A DNA stretch of 64,000 bases from an uncultured beta proteobacterium (GCA_903893565.1 CAITMU010000125.1:20578-84577); one strand, 5' to 3'. Positions 45,603 to 56,157 are shown, counted from the stretch's first letter. Program-made: numbers and translations. The notes: generated from the letters alone by a model not told the origin.

Positions 45603-46881
45603 AATCATTTTGTAACACGCTCTCCACCCAAGCCGCATGACTGAGCAATATATGGTCATCACCAAAAGCACCCACCAACTGCACTCCGACAGGTAGCCCT
45701 AAGGGCCCAATATGGGCGGGCACCGTAATAGCAGGACCGTGGAGCGCCGTCCATACGGCATTAAAGGTCGCCTCCCCTGTGCTATTTAAAGTAAGGGGGG
45801 CTTCACCACAGGCGCTGGGCACCAGTAAGAAGTCATATTGGGCGAATACATCGCGTAACTGCAAGCGCGCATCAGCCATTTTTTTCTGCGCTTGAATATA
45901 TTCGTCTAAGCTTCGGCTAGCCCATGTGCTAATCCGGGGTTGCAAAGACGCACTGATCTGATCACGATGGGCGCGTATCTCAGGGCTTAACGCCCGAAAC
46001 GCTTCGTAATCATTAATGACCGCATGGGCATTCAGTAAGTCGTCAAAATTCTTAGGTAAATCAAACGCAGTGACTGTAGACCCAGCAAGAGTTAATTTTT
46101 TTGCTGCTTTTCCCATCGCAGCGATGGTGGCCGGTTCAGCCGACGGCCATTGCGGTGTGTGGCAATATCCTATCGAGAGGGGTTTTTTGGTAAAAAATGC
46201 CATCGGCTGTGTTTCAGACACCCAGCTAAAGCTTAAAGCCACGTCTTGTACACTGCGCGCGATTAATCCGACCGTATCTAAGGATTCGGAGTTGGGCTTC
46301 ACTCCTGCACGGTTAATTAAACCAAACGAAGGTTTAAATCCCACTAACCCACAAAAAGAGGCGGGTCTTAATACGGAACCACCGGTTTGTGTGCCTAATG
46401 CGAGAGGCATCATGAAATCGGCCACCCCGGCTGCCGATCCGCTAGAAGAGCCCCCCGGTGTGTGGGCAAGATTTAACGGGTTATGCGTCTTATTCGGGTG
46501 ACGCATGGCAAACTCCGTCGTGACGGTTTTACCCATAATCACCGCTCCTGCTTTACGTAAAGCGGACACACACGCCGCATCGGCATGAGCGACATGGCCT
46601 TCATAAATAGGCGAACCATACTGAGCCGGTAGCCCCGCCACGTCGATAATATCCTTGATGCCCACCGGAATGCCGTGCAGGGGGCTTAATCGCTCAGTCG
46701 CATCACACTGTTGCGCTTGCGCCAAGATCGAAGCTTCGTCCCAATAAACCCACGCGTTAACCGCAGGTTCTCGCGCCTTGATCTGTGCAATACAGTGTTT
46801 GGCTAATTCAACGGCGCTGACTTCCCCCGCTTGCATACGAAGGCTCAGCTCAGAGAGCGATAAACGGTTCCACTGGGTCAT
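45601..46881 (-). CDS. Amidase (amidase-signature family)
   Basis: AS signature GGSSSGSAAGVA with an upstream Lys region (GIPVGIKD). 426 aa. Confidence 0.9.
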   Translation of the reverse strand: MTQWNRLSLSELSLRMQAGEVSAVELAKHCIAQIKAREPAVNAWVYWDEASILAQAQQCDATERLSPLHGIPVGIKDIIDVAGLPAQYGSPIYEGHVAHADAACVSALRKAGAVIMGKTVTTEFAMRHPNKTHNPLNLAHTPGGSSSGSAAGVADFMMPLALGTQTGGSVLRPASFCGLVGFKPSFGLINRAGVKPNSESLDTVGLIARSVQDVALSFSWVSETQPMAFFTKKPLSIGYCHTPQWPSAEPATIAAMGKAAKKLTLAGSTVTAFDLPKNFDDLLNAHAVINDYEAFRALSPEIRAHRDQISASLQPRISTWASRSLDEYIQAQKKMADARLQLRDVFAQYDFLLVPSACGEAPLTLNSTGEATFNAVWTALHGPAITVPAHIGPLGLPVGVQLVGAFGDDHILLSHAAWVESVLQND

Positions 46882-46909
46882 AGGTTGATTAACCTTTTTT
46901 TGAAAACAA

Positions 46910-47890
46910 TTATTCTAATTTAGCACCAGAGGCTTTGGCGACTTTTTGCCATTTAATAATTTCCGATTGCAGGTAACTACTTAATGCCTCGGGCGAACTG
47001 GGAAACGGATCCACACCCAAGGAGGCTAGACGGGTTTTTATGTCGGGGATTTTTAAACTTGCGACGAGTTCACGGTTAAGCTTGTCATTTAAATCACGCG
47101 GTAAACGTGCAGGGGCAAACATGGCATACCAAGTGGTGGCCTCATAGCCCACGACCCCAGACTCAGCCACTGTGGGTAATTCGGGTAACGCGCTGGTGCG
47201 ATGTGCACCCGTGACGGCCAGTGCTCTTAAACGACCGCTTTGCACATTCGGCACCCCGGAGAGCATATTGTTAAACATGAGTGAAGTGTGCCCTGCCATT
47301 AGATCAATAGTGGCAGGAGATGCCCCTTTGTAAGGTACATGAACCATCTTCAGTCCTGCCATGGACAAAAACAGTTCCGCCGCCAAATGGGGAGCGCTGC
47401 CTGCACCTGAGGAAGCATAGATAAGCTGTCCAGGATGAGATTTAGATAACTTAATTAATTCTTTTATGGAACGAGCGGGAATAGACGGATGAATCACCAC
47501 GATGAGTGAAGAGGCCGCGATTTGCGAAATTGCCGTAAAGTCTTTCACCGGATCATAGGGCATCTTAGGGTAAATACTCGGATTAATACCCATCGAAGAA
47601 CTAGTCACTAACAAGGTATATCCATCAGGCGGTGATTTTGCCACCATGTCGGAACCAATAATGCTACCACTGCCCGCACGGTTATCTACGATGAACATTT
47701 GCCCCATGGCTTCGCTAAATTTTGGCGCTAAGGTTCTCGCCAATATATCGACTGGTCCGCTCGGTGCAAAAGGCACCACAATACGCACGGGTTTGACCGG
47801 ATAAACAGACTGCGCCCATGAGGGGACCCATGCCAGTAAGGTAACTAACGAATACAGCCAAGCTAATCGCTTTACCAAGGATTGGATCAC
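46910..47890 (-). CDS. Bug/TctC-family periplasmic solute-binding protein
   Basis: Signal peptide, then YPVKPVRIVVPFAPSGPVDILAR, DNRAGSGSII, PPDGYT and YKGASP. It lies upstream of, and co-oriented with, the amidase gene. Confidence 0.9.
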   Translation of the reverse strand: MIQSLVKRLAWLYSLVTLLAWVPSWAQSVYPVKPVRIVVPFAPSGPVDILARTLAPKFSEAMGQMFIVDNRAGSGSIIGSDMVAKSPPDGYTLLVTSSSMGINPSIYPKMPYDPVKDFTAISQIAASSLIVVIHPSIPARSIKELIKLSKSHPGQLIYASSGAGSAPHLAAELFLSMAGLKMVHVPYKGASPATIDLMAGHTSLMFNNMLSGVPNVQSGRLRALAVTGAHRTSALPELPTVAESGVVGYEATTWYAMFAPARLPRDLNDKLNRELVASLKIPDIKTRLASLGVDPFPSSPEALSSYLQSEIIKWQKVAKASGAKLE

Positions 47891-48126
47891 GACATTATCT
47901 CCAGTGTAAAAAAATACGTCATTTTGCCACTGAAGCGAAATAATTGCGCATTCATTTTCGTTTTACCATCCTTACTATGGGGGGTAGATCGAGGAAAACC
48001 ATAGAAAAATGGTAACTATTTAGGCTGAAGGGGTTTTACTTTAATGGGTAGGAGTGTACGAATAGCAAAAATTCCAGTAAGCCACGCATCAAGTGATGGC
48101 CTAAGAAAAACCCTTAATCCTTGCGT

Positions 48127-48156
48127 CCCTCTCCCCTCCCCTCACCCCCTCACCCC
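48127..48156. repeat. C-run tract (five runs of C3-C5 with 1-3 nt spacers); a G-quadruplex-type motif on the - strand
   Basis: The sequence is ccctctcccctcccctcaccccctcacccc. The complement reads GGGG TGA GGGGG TGA GGGG A GGGG AGA GGG. Confidence 0.8.
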
Positions 48157-48368
48157 TCGGGCAAGAGTGCGCGAAGGGTAAAAGGGGCACCCAGATCATG
48201 CGCTTAAGAAAGCATGGCATTTAGACAAAAATTATTTACCCCGTCTTGTTGCTCGACGCTGGTAGTTTCATACCTATTGGGAGTTTAAGCGACCTAAAAT
48301 AAAAAACAGCTGATTAACCAAATGCGCTCTTCGATAGCAGGGATTTGTGTTTCCTATAAAGAGTTGAG

Positions 48369-49094
48369 CTAACCCATATGCATTCCGCCATTAACCGCTA
48401 AAGTCTCTCCCGTAATAAAACCAGACTCTTCATCTGCAAGAAATAAAATCGCTCGCGCAATTTCCTCAGGATGCCCGAGTCGCTTGACAGGAATACGCTC
48501 TACGATAGCTTTAAGCGTCTCTTCTGGAATGGTACTTAACATCTCGGTTTTAATAAATCCGGGCTCAATGGCATTTACCGTTATTCCTTTAGAGGCCGTT
48601 TCTAAAGCCAATGATTTGGTAAGGCCAATAACCCCTGCTTTAGCTGCTGAGTAGTTCGTTTGCCCAAATTGACCAGTGACCCCAACGATCGAGCTTAGAT
48701 TGATAATCCGACCAAAACCCTTCATTTTCATCGAATCAATCACAGTGCGGCACATATAAAAACAAGAGCTAAGATCCGTGTCAATAACCGCCTTCCATTC
48801 CTCAATTGTCATTTTTTGTAAAGTATGGTCACGTGTAATGCCCGCATTGTTTACAAGAACATCAATAGCGCCAATCTCATCAAGTATCTTTCTGACACCC
48901 GCCATGCAAGCATGAGGATCGGCGACATCCCATTTATAAATAGGGATACTCGTTTCATTTCGGAACGATTGTGCCGCAACATCATCGTGTACGTAGTTTG
49001 AAACAACACGATAGCCTTTTTCCAGAAAAGCTTTTGCGGTTACCGCTCCAATACCCCTGGTGCCTCCAGTAATAAGCACTGTTTTGCCACTCAT
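48369..49094 (-). CDS. Acetoacetyl-CoA reductase-like SDR, second copy
   Basis: TGGTRGIG, NNAG, YSAAK and a C-terminal NGGMHMG. It is closely collinear with phaB at 26017. The ATG at 49094 has an AAGGA RBS. Confidence 0.85.
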   Translation of the reverse strand: MSGKTVLITGGTRGIGAVTAKAFLEKGYRVVSNYVHDDVAAQSFRNETSIPIYKWDVADPHACMAGVRKILDEIGAIDVLVNNAGITRDHTLQKMTIEEWKAVIDTDLSSCFYMCRTVIDSMKMKGFGRIINLSSIVGVTGQFGQTNYSAAKAGVIGLTKSLALETASKGITVNAIEPGFIKTEMLSTIPEETLKAIVERIPVKRLGHPEEIARAILFLADEESGFITGETLAVNGGMHMG

Positions 49095-49198
49095 GAGATA
49101 CATCCTTCGATAAGTTATTTCGTTAAAAGAAAAATACTCAATACTACTTTCTGAGTGATGGAATAGATTAATCTAATCTATTGAAGGCCCATACAACA

Positions 49199-50980
49199 TC
49201 AATGAAGTACATAGGTTCCGGGGGCAGGACCCAGGGTATTCATTTGGCTATTGGCTGCACCGAGATAAATAGGGGTATCAAGCTGTGAGTCGGAGTGCTC
49301 ATTGAGCCAATTGAGCCAATAGGGCCACCAAGAGCCAGATTCAATTGGAGCCTTTTCTAACCAGACCTGCGCGTTTAATGATTCATTGCCACTAGAGCGC
49401 TTCAAGTGCTGAAAGCTTGAATGCTTTTTTGATGCCGGTGGGTTGATGATACCTGCATTGTGCCCGCCCGAAGTTAAGACAAATTCAATATCTCCCTGCA
49501 CATATTGATGTAATTTATATACAGAGCGCCAAGGGGCAACAAAATCTTGTTTGGCTGCGAGTGCAAAGATAGGCGCTTTAATGTCTGATAAATCGATTGG
49601 GCGGCTATCCAGCTTGTAGCGCCCCATTGCCAAGTCATTATTTAAATACATGTGGGTTAGATACTGTAAGTGCATGCAGATAGGTAACCTCGTACCATCA
49701 GCATTCCACGCCATCAAATCGCTCATCTCAGGACGTTCGCCTAAAACATACTCTTTAGTCATCTGCGCCCATTTTCGATCAGCAGAGCCAATCATTTGAA
49801 AAGCCCCAGACATTTTGGCGCTATCCAAGTAGCCACTGGGTCGCATCACACTTTCAATTAAACTAATTTGGTATTTATCAATAAATACCCCAATGTCGCC
49901 TGGTTGCGTGAAATCAGTTTGAGCCGCTAGCAAAGTAATGCTAGCCAGTCTTTTATCTTGATCTCTTGCCAACTTAGCCGCCACCATCGATAAAAGCGTT
50001 CCACCAAGACAGTAACCCACTCCATGAATCCGTTGGTTATTTAAAATTTGGTTGATTCGATCCATCGCCTGTAAAACGCCTAAATTTACATAATCTTCTA
50101 AACCAAGAGATCGATCTTCAGAAGTCGGGTTTTTCCAAGAAATGATAAAAACAGAATACCCATGGTCAACCAAATATTTAACCATTGAATTTTCTGGGCG
50201 TAGGTCAAGAATGTAATACTTCATGATCCATGCGGGTACGATTAAGATAGGCTCTAGCTTGGCTTTCAAGGTTGTGGGTTTATATTGAATGAGCTCCATC
50301 AGCTCATTGCGAAGTACAACCACGCCTTCTGTGATTGCGAGTTCACGCCCCACTTTAAAATATTTAATCCCTTCAGGCGGCAACTTTAGATATAGCCTAT
50401 ATGCATCATTTAAGAAATTGGCATATCCATCAAAAAGATTAAGCCCTTTTGTTGCTATCGTTTTATCTATCAGTACGGGGTTTGTATATAAAAAGTTGGC
50501 TGGAGATAAACACTCTAAAAACTGTAACATTGTAAATCGTAAAACATCTGTTTTATGCTGATTAACACCTGGCACAGAACCGAATGCATTCATCCACCAT
50601 TGTTTTACGAACATAAATGATTGGCTGTAGAAATTAAATGGCCAAAGATTCCAGTTTTTATATGAAAAACGATTTTCTTCTTTGATGAGAGTGGGGGGAA
50701 CTTGTGCAAATGCACAGGCCAGATGAGAAACGAAGGCGGGCATATCTATTAATCCGGCTTGCATTTCACTAAATATTTCGTGCCTAAAATTCGCATCATG
50801 TATTAAATGCAAACACCACTCTTGTAAGCTAAAGGCAATTTGTACGGGAGTCGATGATTCAACACTGTATCTTTGTGAGGCTGGATCAGCTTTAATGAAG
50901 CTAAAGCAGTCTTTTACTGTCTTTGATGGATCTGGTTTTGTTGAGTTCAAATTTGAGGATTTCATATCCATTATCTTCAC
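49199..50980 (-). CDS. Second PHA synthase (class I-like, PhaC2-type)
   Basis: About 590 aa with lipase-box GYCLGG, SGGHNAGIINP and overall collinearity with phaC at 24216. The start is ambiguous (GTG at 50980, ATG at 50971 or 50965), with no clear RBS. Confidence 0.85.
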   Translation of the reverse strand: MKIMDMKSSNLNSTKPDPSKTVKDCFSFIKADPASQRYSVESSTPVQIAFSLQEWCLHLIHDANFRHEIFSEMQAGLIDMPAFVSHLACAFAQVPPTLIKEENRFSYKNWNLWPFNFYSQSFMFVKQWWMNAFGSVPGVNQHKTDVLRFTMLQFLECLSPANFLYTNPVLIDKTIATKGLNLFDGYANFLNDAYRLYLKLPPEGIKYFKVGRELAITEGVVVLRNELMELIQYKPTTLKAKLEPILIVPAWIMKYYILDLRPENSMVKYLVDHGYSVFIISWKNPTSEDRSLGLEDYVNLGVLQAMDRINQILNNQRIHGVGYCLGGTLLSMVAAKLARDQDKRLASITLLAAQTDFTQPGDIGVFIDKYQISLIESVMRPSGYLDSAKMSGAFQMIGSADRKWAQMTKEYVLGERPEMSDLMAWNADGTRLPICMHLQYLTHMYLNNDLAMGRYKLDSRPIDLSDIKAPIFALAAKQDFVAPWRSVYKLHQYVQGDIEFVLTSGGHNAGIINPPASKKHSSFQHLKRSSGNESLNAQVWLEKAPIESGSWWPYWLNWLNEHSDSQLDTPIYLGAANSQMNTLGPAPGTYVLH

Positions 50981-51595
50981 ATTTATAATTATTCAGTTTT
51001 TAAAACAGCAGATCTAACTTTGATTGAATACTGTTTAATAAGAAGTCTTTAACCTTATTGCTTTTCTTAGAATTATTTTTGATATAGGTAAAGAAAAGAA
51101 AATTTACATGAAAATTTTCTTTGACATGAGTCAATGATTTTAAAAATCCTAATGGTTTGGCCTACGGCAGGCGAAGGGGCTTATCCAATTGAAAGTGTCG
51201 CAAAAGTGGGCTTAACCGTTGGGTCCCATCCTTTTGCGTGGATTTAAATGCAAAGTGTCATTCACGCACCAAATGACTGTTACACAAAATAGGCTGACCA
51301 CATTAAGGCGCTAATAGGGTTTCCCTGCAATCATGAAGCAGCGCGCCGGTGGGTTTGGTCAAAATACTGTGGTCTTTGATCGCGTCAATTCCCCTTTTAT
51401 CATGCACGCCATTTCAAGTGAGGCTCTTTGTGGCAACGATAGGCCAGTCATTTTTGTTACAAAAAATGAGGTAAGAAAAAAAATTAAGGTTTTTTTTGCT
51501 TTATTCAATATCTAAAAAAATCAGCTACAATAAAAAAATAAAAAAAAGATGAGTTCTTCTATTGAGTCTTAACGTTTCATCAAAAAGCAAACCTC

Positions 51596-52594
51596 ATGAA
51601 AGCCATTTGGTATACGCATCAAGGTAAGCCCTCCGAAGTGCTGCAATGGGGTGAGCAGCCCACCCCCCAAGCAGGCCCTGGCCAAGTCAGGGTCAAACTC
51701 ATGGCCTCTGCCGTAAACCCTGCCGACACCAATCGAACCGTCGGCAGAAGCTACGCTATGGAAGCCCCACTGATTATCCCTAATAGCGATGGGAGTGGCT
51801 TAATCGATCAAGTGGGCGACGGTGTTCCGCCTCGATGGCTAGGTCAGAGAGTGTGGCTTTATAACGGCCAACGCGGCGGACGACACTTAGGAACTGCCTG
51901 TGAGTATATTGCTCTGGATGTGGGATTGGTGGCCCCATTACCAGATAACACCAGTTATTTTGAAGGTGCTTGCTTAGGCATTCCGTGCATGACGGCGCAC
52001 CGAGCGGTGCGCTTAGGAGGCGAGCTTGAGGGGAAAAATGTGCTGGTCACAGGCGGGGCTGGGGCCGTAGGTCACTACGCCATTCAGTGGGCCAAACATG
52101 CAGGGGCTCGCGTGTTCGCCACAGTCAGCAGCCCGAGTAAAGCAGAGCATGCCCAGAATGCGGGGGCCGATGAATGTGTCAATTATCGACAAGACAATGT
52201 GCTCAATCGTATAACCGAGCTGACTAAGGGAGCGGGTATTGATCATGTGGTGGATGTGGATTTTGGCGGTAATATTGCACACACCCTTGCGCTCTTAAGG
52301 GCTAATGGCAGCCTTGCCTACTACGCTACGAAAGGAAACCCACAGCCAAAGATCCCTGCCGCAGAGTTGATGCGTAAAAATATCTCTCTTTTCAGTATTT
52401 TGTTAAATGGGGTCGTTGCCAGTGAACGCATTCGCGCCCAAAATGAAATTACGGAAGCCTTGGAAGTCAACGCGTTACAGCACACGGTCTCAGAGGTGTT
52501 TAGCCTTCAAGACACAGCCCTTGCCCATGAGGCGGTTGAATTTCACCCCAAACGTGGAACAGTCGTTATCCAGTGTGCTGAGAACACGAACTAA
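51596..52594 (+). CDS. NADPH:quinone oxidoreductase / zinc-type alcohol dehydrogenase superfamily (MDR)
   Basis: 332 aa with a GroES-like N-domain and the Rossmann motif VTGGAGAVGHYAIQ. Confidence 0.85.
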   Translation: MKAIWYTHQGKPSEVLQWGEQPTPQAGPGQVRVKLMASAVNPADTNRTVGRSYAMEAPLIIPNSDGSGLIDQVGDGVPPRWLGQRVWLYNGQRGGRHLGTACEYIALDVGLVAPLPDNTSYFEGACLGIPCMTAHRAVRLGGELEGKNVLVTGGAGAVGHYAIQWAKHAGARVFATVSSPSKAEHAQNAGADECVNYRQDNVLNRITELTKGAGIDHVVDVDFGGNIAHTLALLRANGSLAYYATKGNPQPKIPAAELMRKNISLFSILLNGVVASERIRAQNEITEALEVNALQHTVSEVFSLQDTALAHEAVEFHPKRGTVVIQCAENTN

Positions 52595-52626
52595 AAACGA
52601 CTGCCAACCATTCGGCTTTTTTTTAA

Positions 52627-53811
52627 TTAGCCCTTTGTTGCGACCTTTCGATAGTTTGGCACGTGATGGGATCGTACGTAGACAAAGCCATCAAATAAGC
52701 GTCGCTGTGTACGAAAAAAAGCCCCCTGCTCGGCATGCCACTGTCCGTCCTTAACACTCACATCCGCAGCAACCGTTAAGATGCCTGAGGGCATGGCAAT
52801 TCTAATCGGCGCATTTAAATCTTCGCTGACCCGAGTGCACTCATGCACCACGGATCCTTTGATACGGGCGGCGACCGCAGTACACAAAGACACGGTCAAG
52901 GGTAGCGCCCGGTGCGGTTGGCCATTGGAGATCATGCGTGCGGTTAAATCAATGTCTTGGGCCTGGATGATCTCGCCTGTGAGCAATGGCGCATCGGATG
53001 GAGGTGCCACAAAGCCCACAAAAGGAACGCTTGATTTTTTTGCCGCTGCCTCTAATGAGGGGGTGATACCCATCGCCACACTCGCGATTAAACGTATGTG
53101 GGAAAGTGTTTTCATTAGCGCTTCGTTAGCCTCGATCGCCTCTGGCATTTCAGTGCCTTTTAATCCCAAATCTTGAGCGCGAACGAATACGGTTGCATTG
53201 GCAGCATCGACCATGGAAACGCGAATTTTACCCAAACCCGGCACGTTGATCTCATCGACGACGTTACCGGTGGGTAAGAGCTTACCGGTGGTCGCTCCCC
53301 CAGGCAGTAAGAACTCAAGGCGCACGGCTGAACCCGTTGCGGCCACACCGGGAATACTTAAATCCCCATCCACGGCCGATAAGCCCTCATCCAAGTCGAA
53401 GCGGGCTTGAATGATTTTTTTGGTATTGGTATTGTGAATACGAACTAAGGCTTTTGAGCCCTTGATTGTAATTAAGCCTTCATCCACGGCGAAGGGGCCC
53501 ATGGCTGAGGACATATTGCCGCAATTGGCCGAGTAATCGACTTCGGCTTTTTTAACCTGTACTTGGGCAAAGGTGTAGTCAATATCGGCGTCTTCTCTCG
53601 TTGAAGGGCCCACCACGCACACTTTAGACACAGAGGAGACGCCGCCACCCATGCCATCGAGTTGTCGACCATAGGGATCCGGGCTACCAATGGCGGCAAG
53701 AAAGATCTCATCCCAGAGGGCTTTATCCGTGGGTAAGTCCCGGGCATGAAAGACGATGGCGTTACTGGTGCCGCCTCGCATGAAGACTGCAGGTAATTTC
53801 ATTTGTTTCAT
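52627..53811 (-). CDS. PrpF-family isomerase (methylaconitate isomerase / 4-oxalomesaconate tautomerase-like)
   Basis: N-terminal FMRGGTSNAIVF, SKVCVVGPS, GNCGNMSSA-like (ANCGNMSSAMGPF), and a C-terminal RTQRRLFDG. 394 aa. Confidence 0.85.
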   Translation of the reverse strand: MKQMKLPAVFMRGGTSNAIVFHARDLPTDKALWDEIFLAAIGSPDPYGRQLDGMGGGVSSVSKVCVVGPSTREDADIDYTFAQVQVKKAEVDYSANCGNMSSAMGPFAVDEGLITIKGSKALVRIHNTNTKKIIQARFDLDEGLSAVDGDLSIPGVAATGSAVRLEFLLPGGATTGKLLPTGNVVDEINVPGLGKIRVSMVDAANATVFVRAQDLGLKGTEMPEAIEANEALMKTLSHIRLIASVAMGITPSLEAAAKKSSVPFVGFVAPPSDAPLLTGEIIQAQDIDLTARMISNGQPHRALPLTVSLCTAVAARIKGSVVHECTRVSEDLNAPIRIAMPSGILTVAADVSVKDGQWHAEQGAFFRTQRRLFDGFVYVRSHHVPNYRKVATKG

Positions 53812-54142
53812 GATGTTATCCTAAAAAAAAATCAATCAATCAATTGATCCGAATCGGTGAGAGTGAAGTGCTTAAGTGAAAGTGGGCTTGCAAAACGAGG
53901 CTCAATGGGAGTCAGACGCTCACAACGTGTCACTCATTTTATGAACGACACCGCTTACCTTTTAACAAAGTGGATCCACAGTGACTATATCCGTAAAGTA
54001 TAGCAGAGCCTCGAAAAAACGTTCCGACTCAAAAATGAAAATGTTCAAGATGTGAAACCGCCTGCATCAATGGACTGAGAGGAGACAGAATAAGTCTCTC
54101 AAGGTCTTAATAAAAGACCCGCAATAAGGTATCCTCGGCCTC

Positions 54143-55261
54143 ATGTATATGATTATCGCCTTTAGCATCGCCATTCACACGAGCTACATCGGTAGCCGAA
54201 TCGTGGTGTCCTTGTACGCCCTACAAATGGGGGCCAGTCAATTTACGATTGGTGTACTGGCAGCGCTTTATTCAACCGTGCCACTGATTTTAGGCGTCTA
54301 TTCCGGTAAATTAGTTGACTCCACCGGCACACGATGGCCGCTCATCGGAGGCGCCATTGTCATACTCATTGGCACATTGATTGGTTACTTTGAAAAAACC
54401 ATCAATGGGTTGTTGTTCACCGCGTTGCTGGCAGGAGCGGGATTTGTATTTTTTAATGTCGCCATTCAAACCCTTACTGGCTCCTACGGCCCTGTGGCAG
54501 AGCGCTCACGTAACTTTAGCATGCTCTCCATCGGATACTCTATTTCCACCTTTATTGGTCCGGTGTCGGTGGGCTTAGCCATTGATCATATCGGTCATCA
54601 GGGTGCGTTTTTAATGCTGTGCTTGTTTACGGCCCCCCCCATTATTGGGCTTCTATTGATTCGACGTTTTAATGTCGTCAAAGGCTCCCATCGCCCCAAA
54701 GAAAAAACCAGTACCCTTGATTTATTACGACAGCCCCCTGTTCGAAGCATGGTGATTATCAGCGGTATGGTGGTAGGGGCTTGGGATTTGTTTTCTTTTT
54801 ATCTACCCATTTATGCTCATTCGTTGCATTTATCTGCCACTCTCATCGGCACGATTCTGGGTACCTACGCGATTGCCGCATTAATGACTCGATTTGCCAT
54901 GCCCGCTTTATTACGTCGCTATCGCGCCGAACGCGTTATGTTTGTTAGTCTTTTATTTGCCGCGGTTTGCTTTGGATTTTTCCCTCTTTTTGAAAATTTC
55001 AGTTACATTTTATTCATCTCCTTTCTGCTGGGCTTAGGTCTAGGCTGTGGGCAGCCTTTATCGATGTTAATTGCCTATAACCGCTCTCCCCCGGGTCGCG
55101 AAGGTGAGGTCACGGGTTTACGATTAACGGCTAACAATGTGGCACGGGTTTTCATTCCCATGATTTGTGCATTTTTGGGAACAAGCTTTGGGGCCTCCCC
55201 CGTGTTTTGGTTAAATGCGCTTAATTTAGGGGCTGTGAGCCTACTCATTTCCAAGCAATAG
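54143..55261 (+). CDS. MFS transporter (paralog of the ORF at 40963)
   Basis: Collinear similarity to the other MFS protein, for example NFSMLSIGYSISTFIGPVSVGLAIDHIGHQ compared with NFSILSLIYAIASFFGPLTAGLLIDHVGHA. 372 aa. Confidence 0.85.
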   Translation: MYMIIAFSIAIHTSYIGSRIVVSLYALQMGASQFTIGVLAALYSTVPLILGVYSGKLVDSTGTRWPLIGGAIVILIGTLIGYFEKTINGLLFTALLAGAGFVFFNVAIQTLTGSYGPVAERSRNFSMLSIGYSISTFIGPVSVGLAIDHIGHQGAFLMLCLFTAPPIIGLLLIRRFNVVKGSHRPKEKTSTLDLLRQPPVRSMVIISGMVVGAWDLFSFYLPIYAHSLHLSATLIGTILGTYAIAALMTRFAMPALLRRYRAERVMFVSLLFAAVCFGFFPLFENFSYILFISFLLGLGLGCGQPLSMLIAYNRSPPGREGEVTGLRLTANNVARVFIPMICAFLGTSFGASPVFWLNALNLGAVSLLISKQ

Positions 55262-55329
55262 ATCACGATTAATCGTCTACATTCAGTGGTTTTTATTGAT
55301 TCATTAAAATAATTTTTTCTGTCATCACA

Positions 55330-56157
55330 ATGGATATTCAAGACACGATTAAAAAAGATGTCACCGCCGCATTGCAAGAAGATGTTGGTGAGGGTGACTG
55401 GACGGCCTTACTCACCGATGAGAATCAGCAATCCGAAGCTCGCATTCTGTCTCGAAGTCGTGCCGTTATTGCTGGCAGCGCATGGTTCGATGCCGTTTTT
55501 AAGCAACTCGACCCCAACGCCTATATTCAGTGGTCAGTCCACGATGGCCAGAGTGTTGCGCCTAATACGCAACTTTGTAAAATTTCTGGAAAAACACGTG
55601 CCCTTCTGACAGGTGAAAGAACGGCCCTGAATTTCCTACAATCTTTGTCTGCCGTGGCCACGCGCACGGCAGAATATGTCACAGCGGTTCAAGGGACGAG
55701 GGCAAAAATACTCGACACCCGAAAAACACTTCCTGGACTTCGCTTAGCGCAAAAATATGCAGTCAAAGCCGGCGGTGGGGTCAATCATCGCATTGGTTTA
55801 TATGATGGTGTGCTTATTAAAGAAAATCATATCGCTGCGTTGGGGGGCGTGAGGGCTGCCTTAATGAAGGCTCGTCAACTCGCCCCAACCGGTATGATGA
55901 TTCAGATTGAGGTTGAGACGCTTAGTCAGCTCGATGAAGCCTTGGAGTGTGGCGCTAAACTCATTTTGCTCGACAATATGGGGCTCGAGGTCCTGCGTCA
56001 TGCAGTACAAAGAACGAATGGACAAGCCGAGTTAGAAGCCTCTGGTGGTATCACGATGAGCAATGTGAGAGACATTGCACTAACCGGTGTCGATCGAATT
56101 TCAATTGGCGCACTCACCAAGGACATTCAAGCGATCGATCTATCGATGCGCTTTTAA
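55330..56157 (+). CDS. nadC: Nicotinate-nucleotide pyrophosphorylase (carboxylating)
   Basis: 275 aa: LTGERTALNFLQ, DTRKTLPGLR, NHRIGLYD and the SGGIT motif. Confidence 0.95.
   Translation: MDIQDTIKKDVTAALQEDVGEGDWTALLTDENQQSEARILSRSRAVIAGSAWFDAVFKQLDPNAYIQWSVHDGQSVAPNTQLCKISGKTRALLTGERTALNFLQSLSAVATRTAEYVTAVQGTRAKILDTRKTLPGLRLAQKYAVKAGGGVNHRIGLYDGVLIKENHIAALGGVRAALMKARQLAPTGMMIQIEVETLSQLDEALECGAKLILLDNMGLEVLRHAVQRTNGQAELEASGGITMSNVRDIALTGVDRISIGALTKDIQAIDLSMRF

Noticed and set aside
46016-46501. A 161-aa ORF on the + strand.
   Set aside because: It lies entirely antisense within the well-supported amidase gene. It has no RBS or recognisable motif, so it is a typical shadow ORF of a GC-richer coding region.
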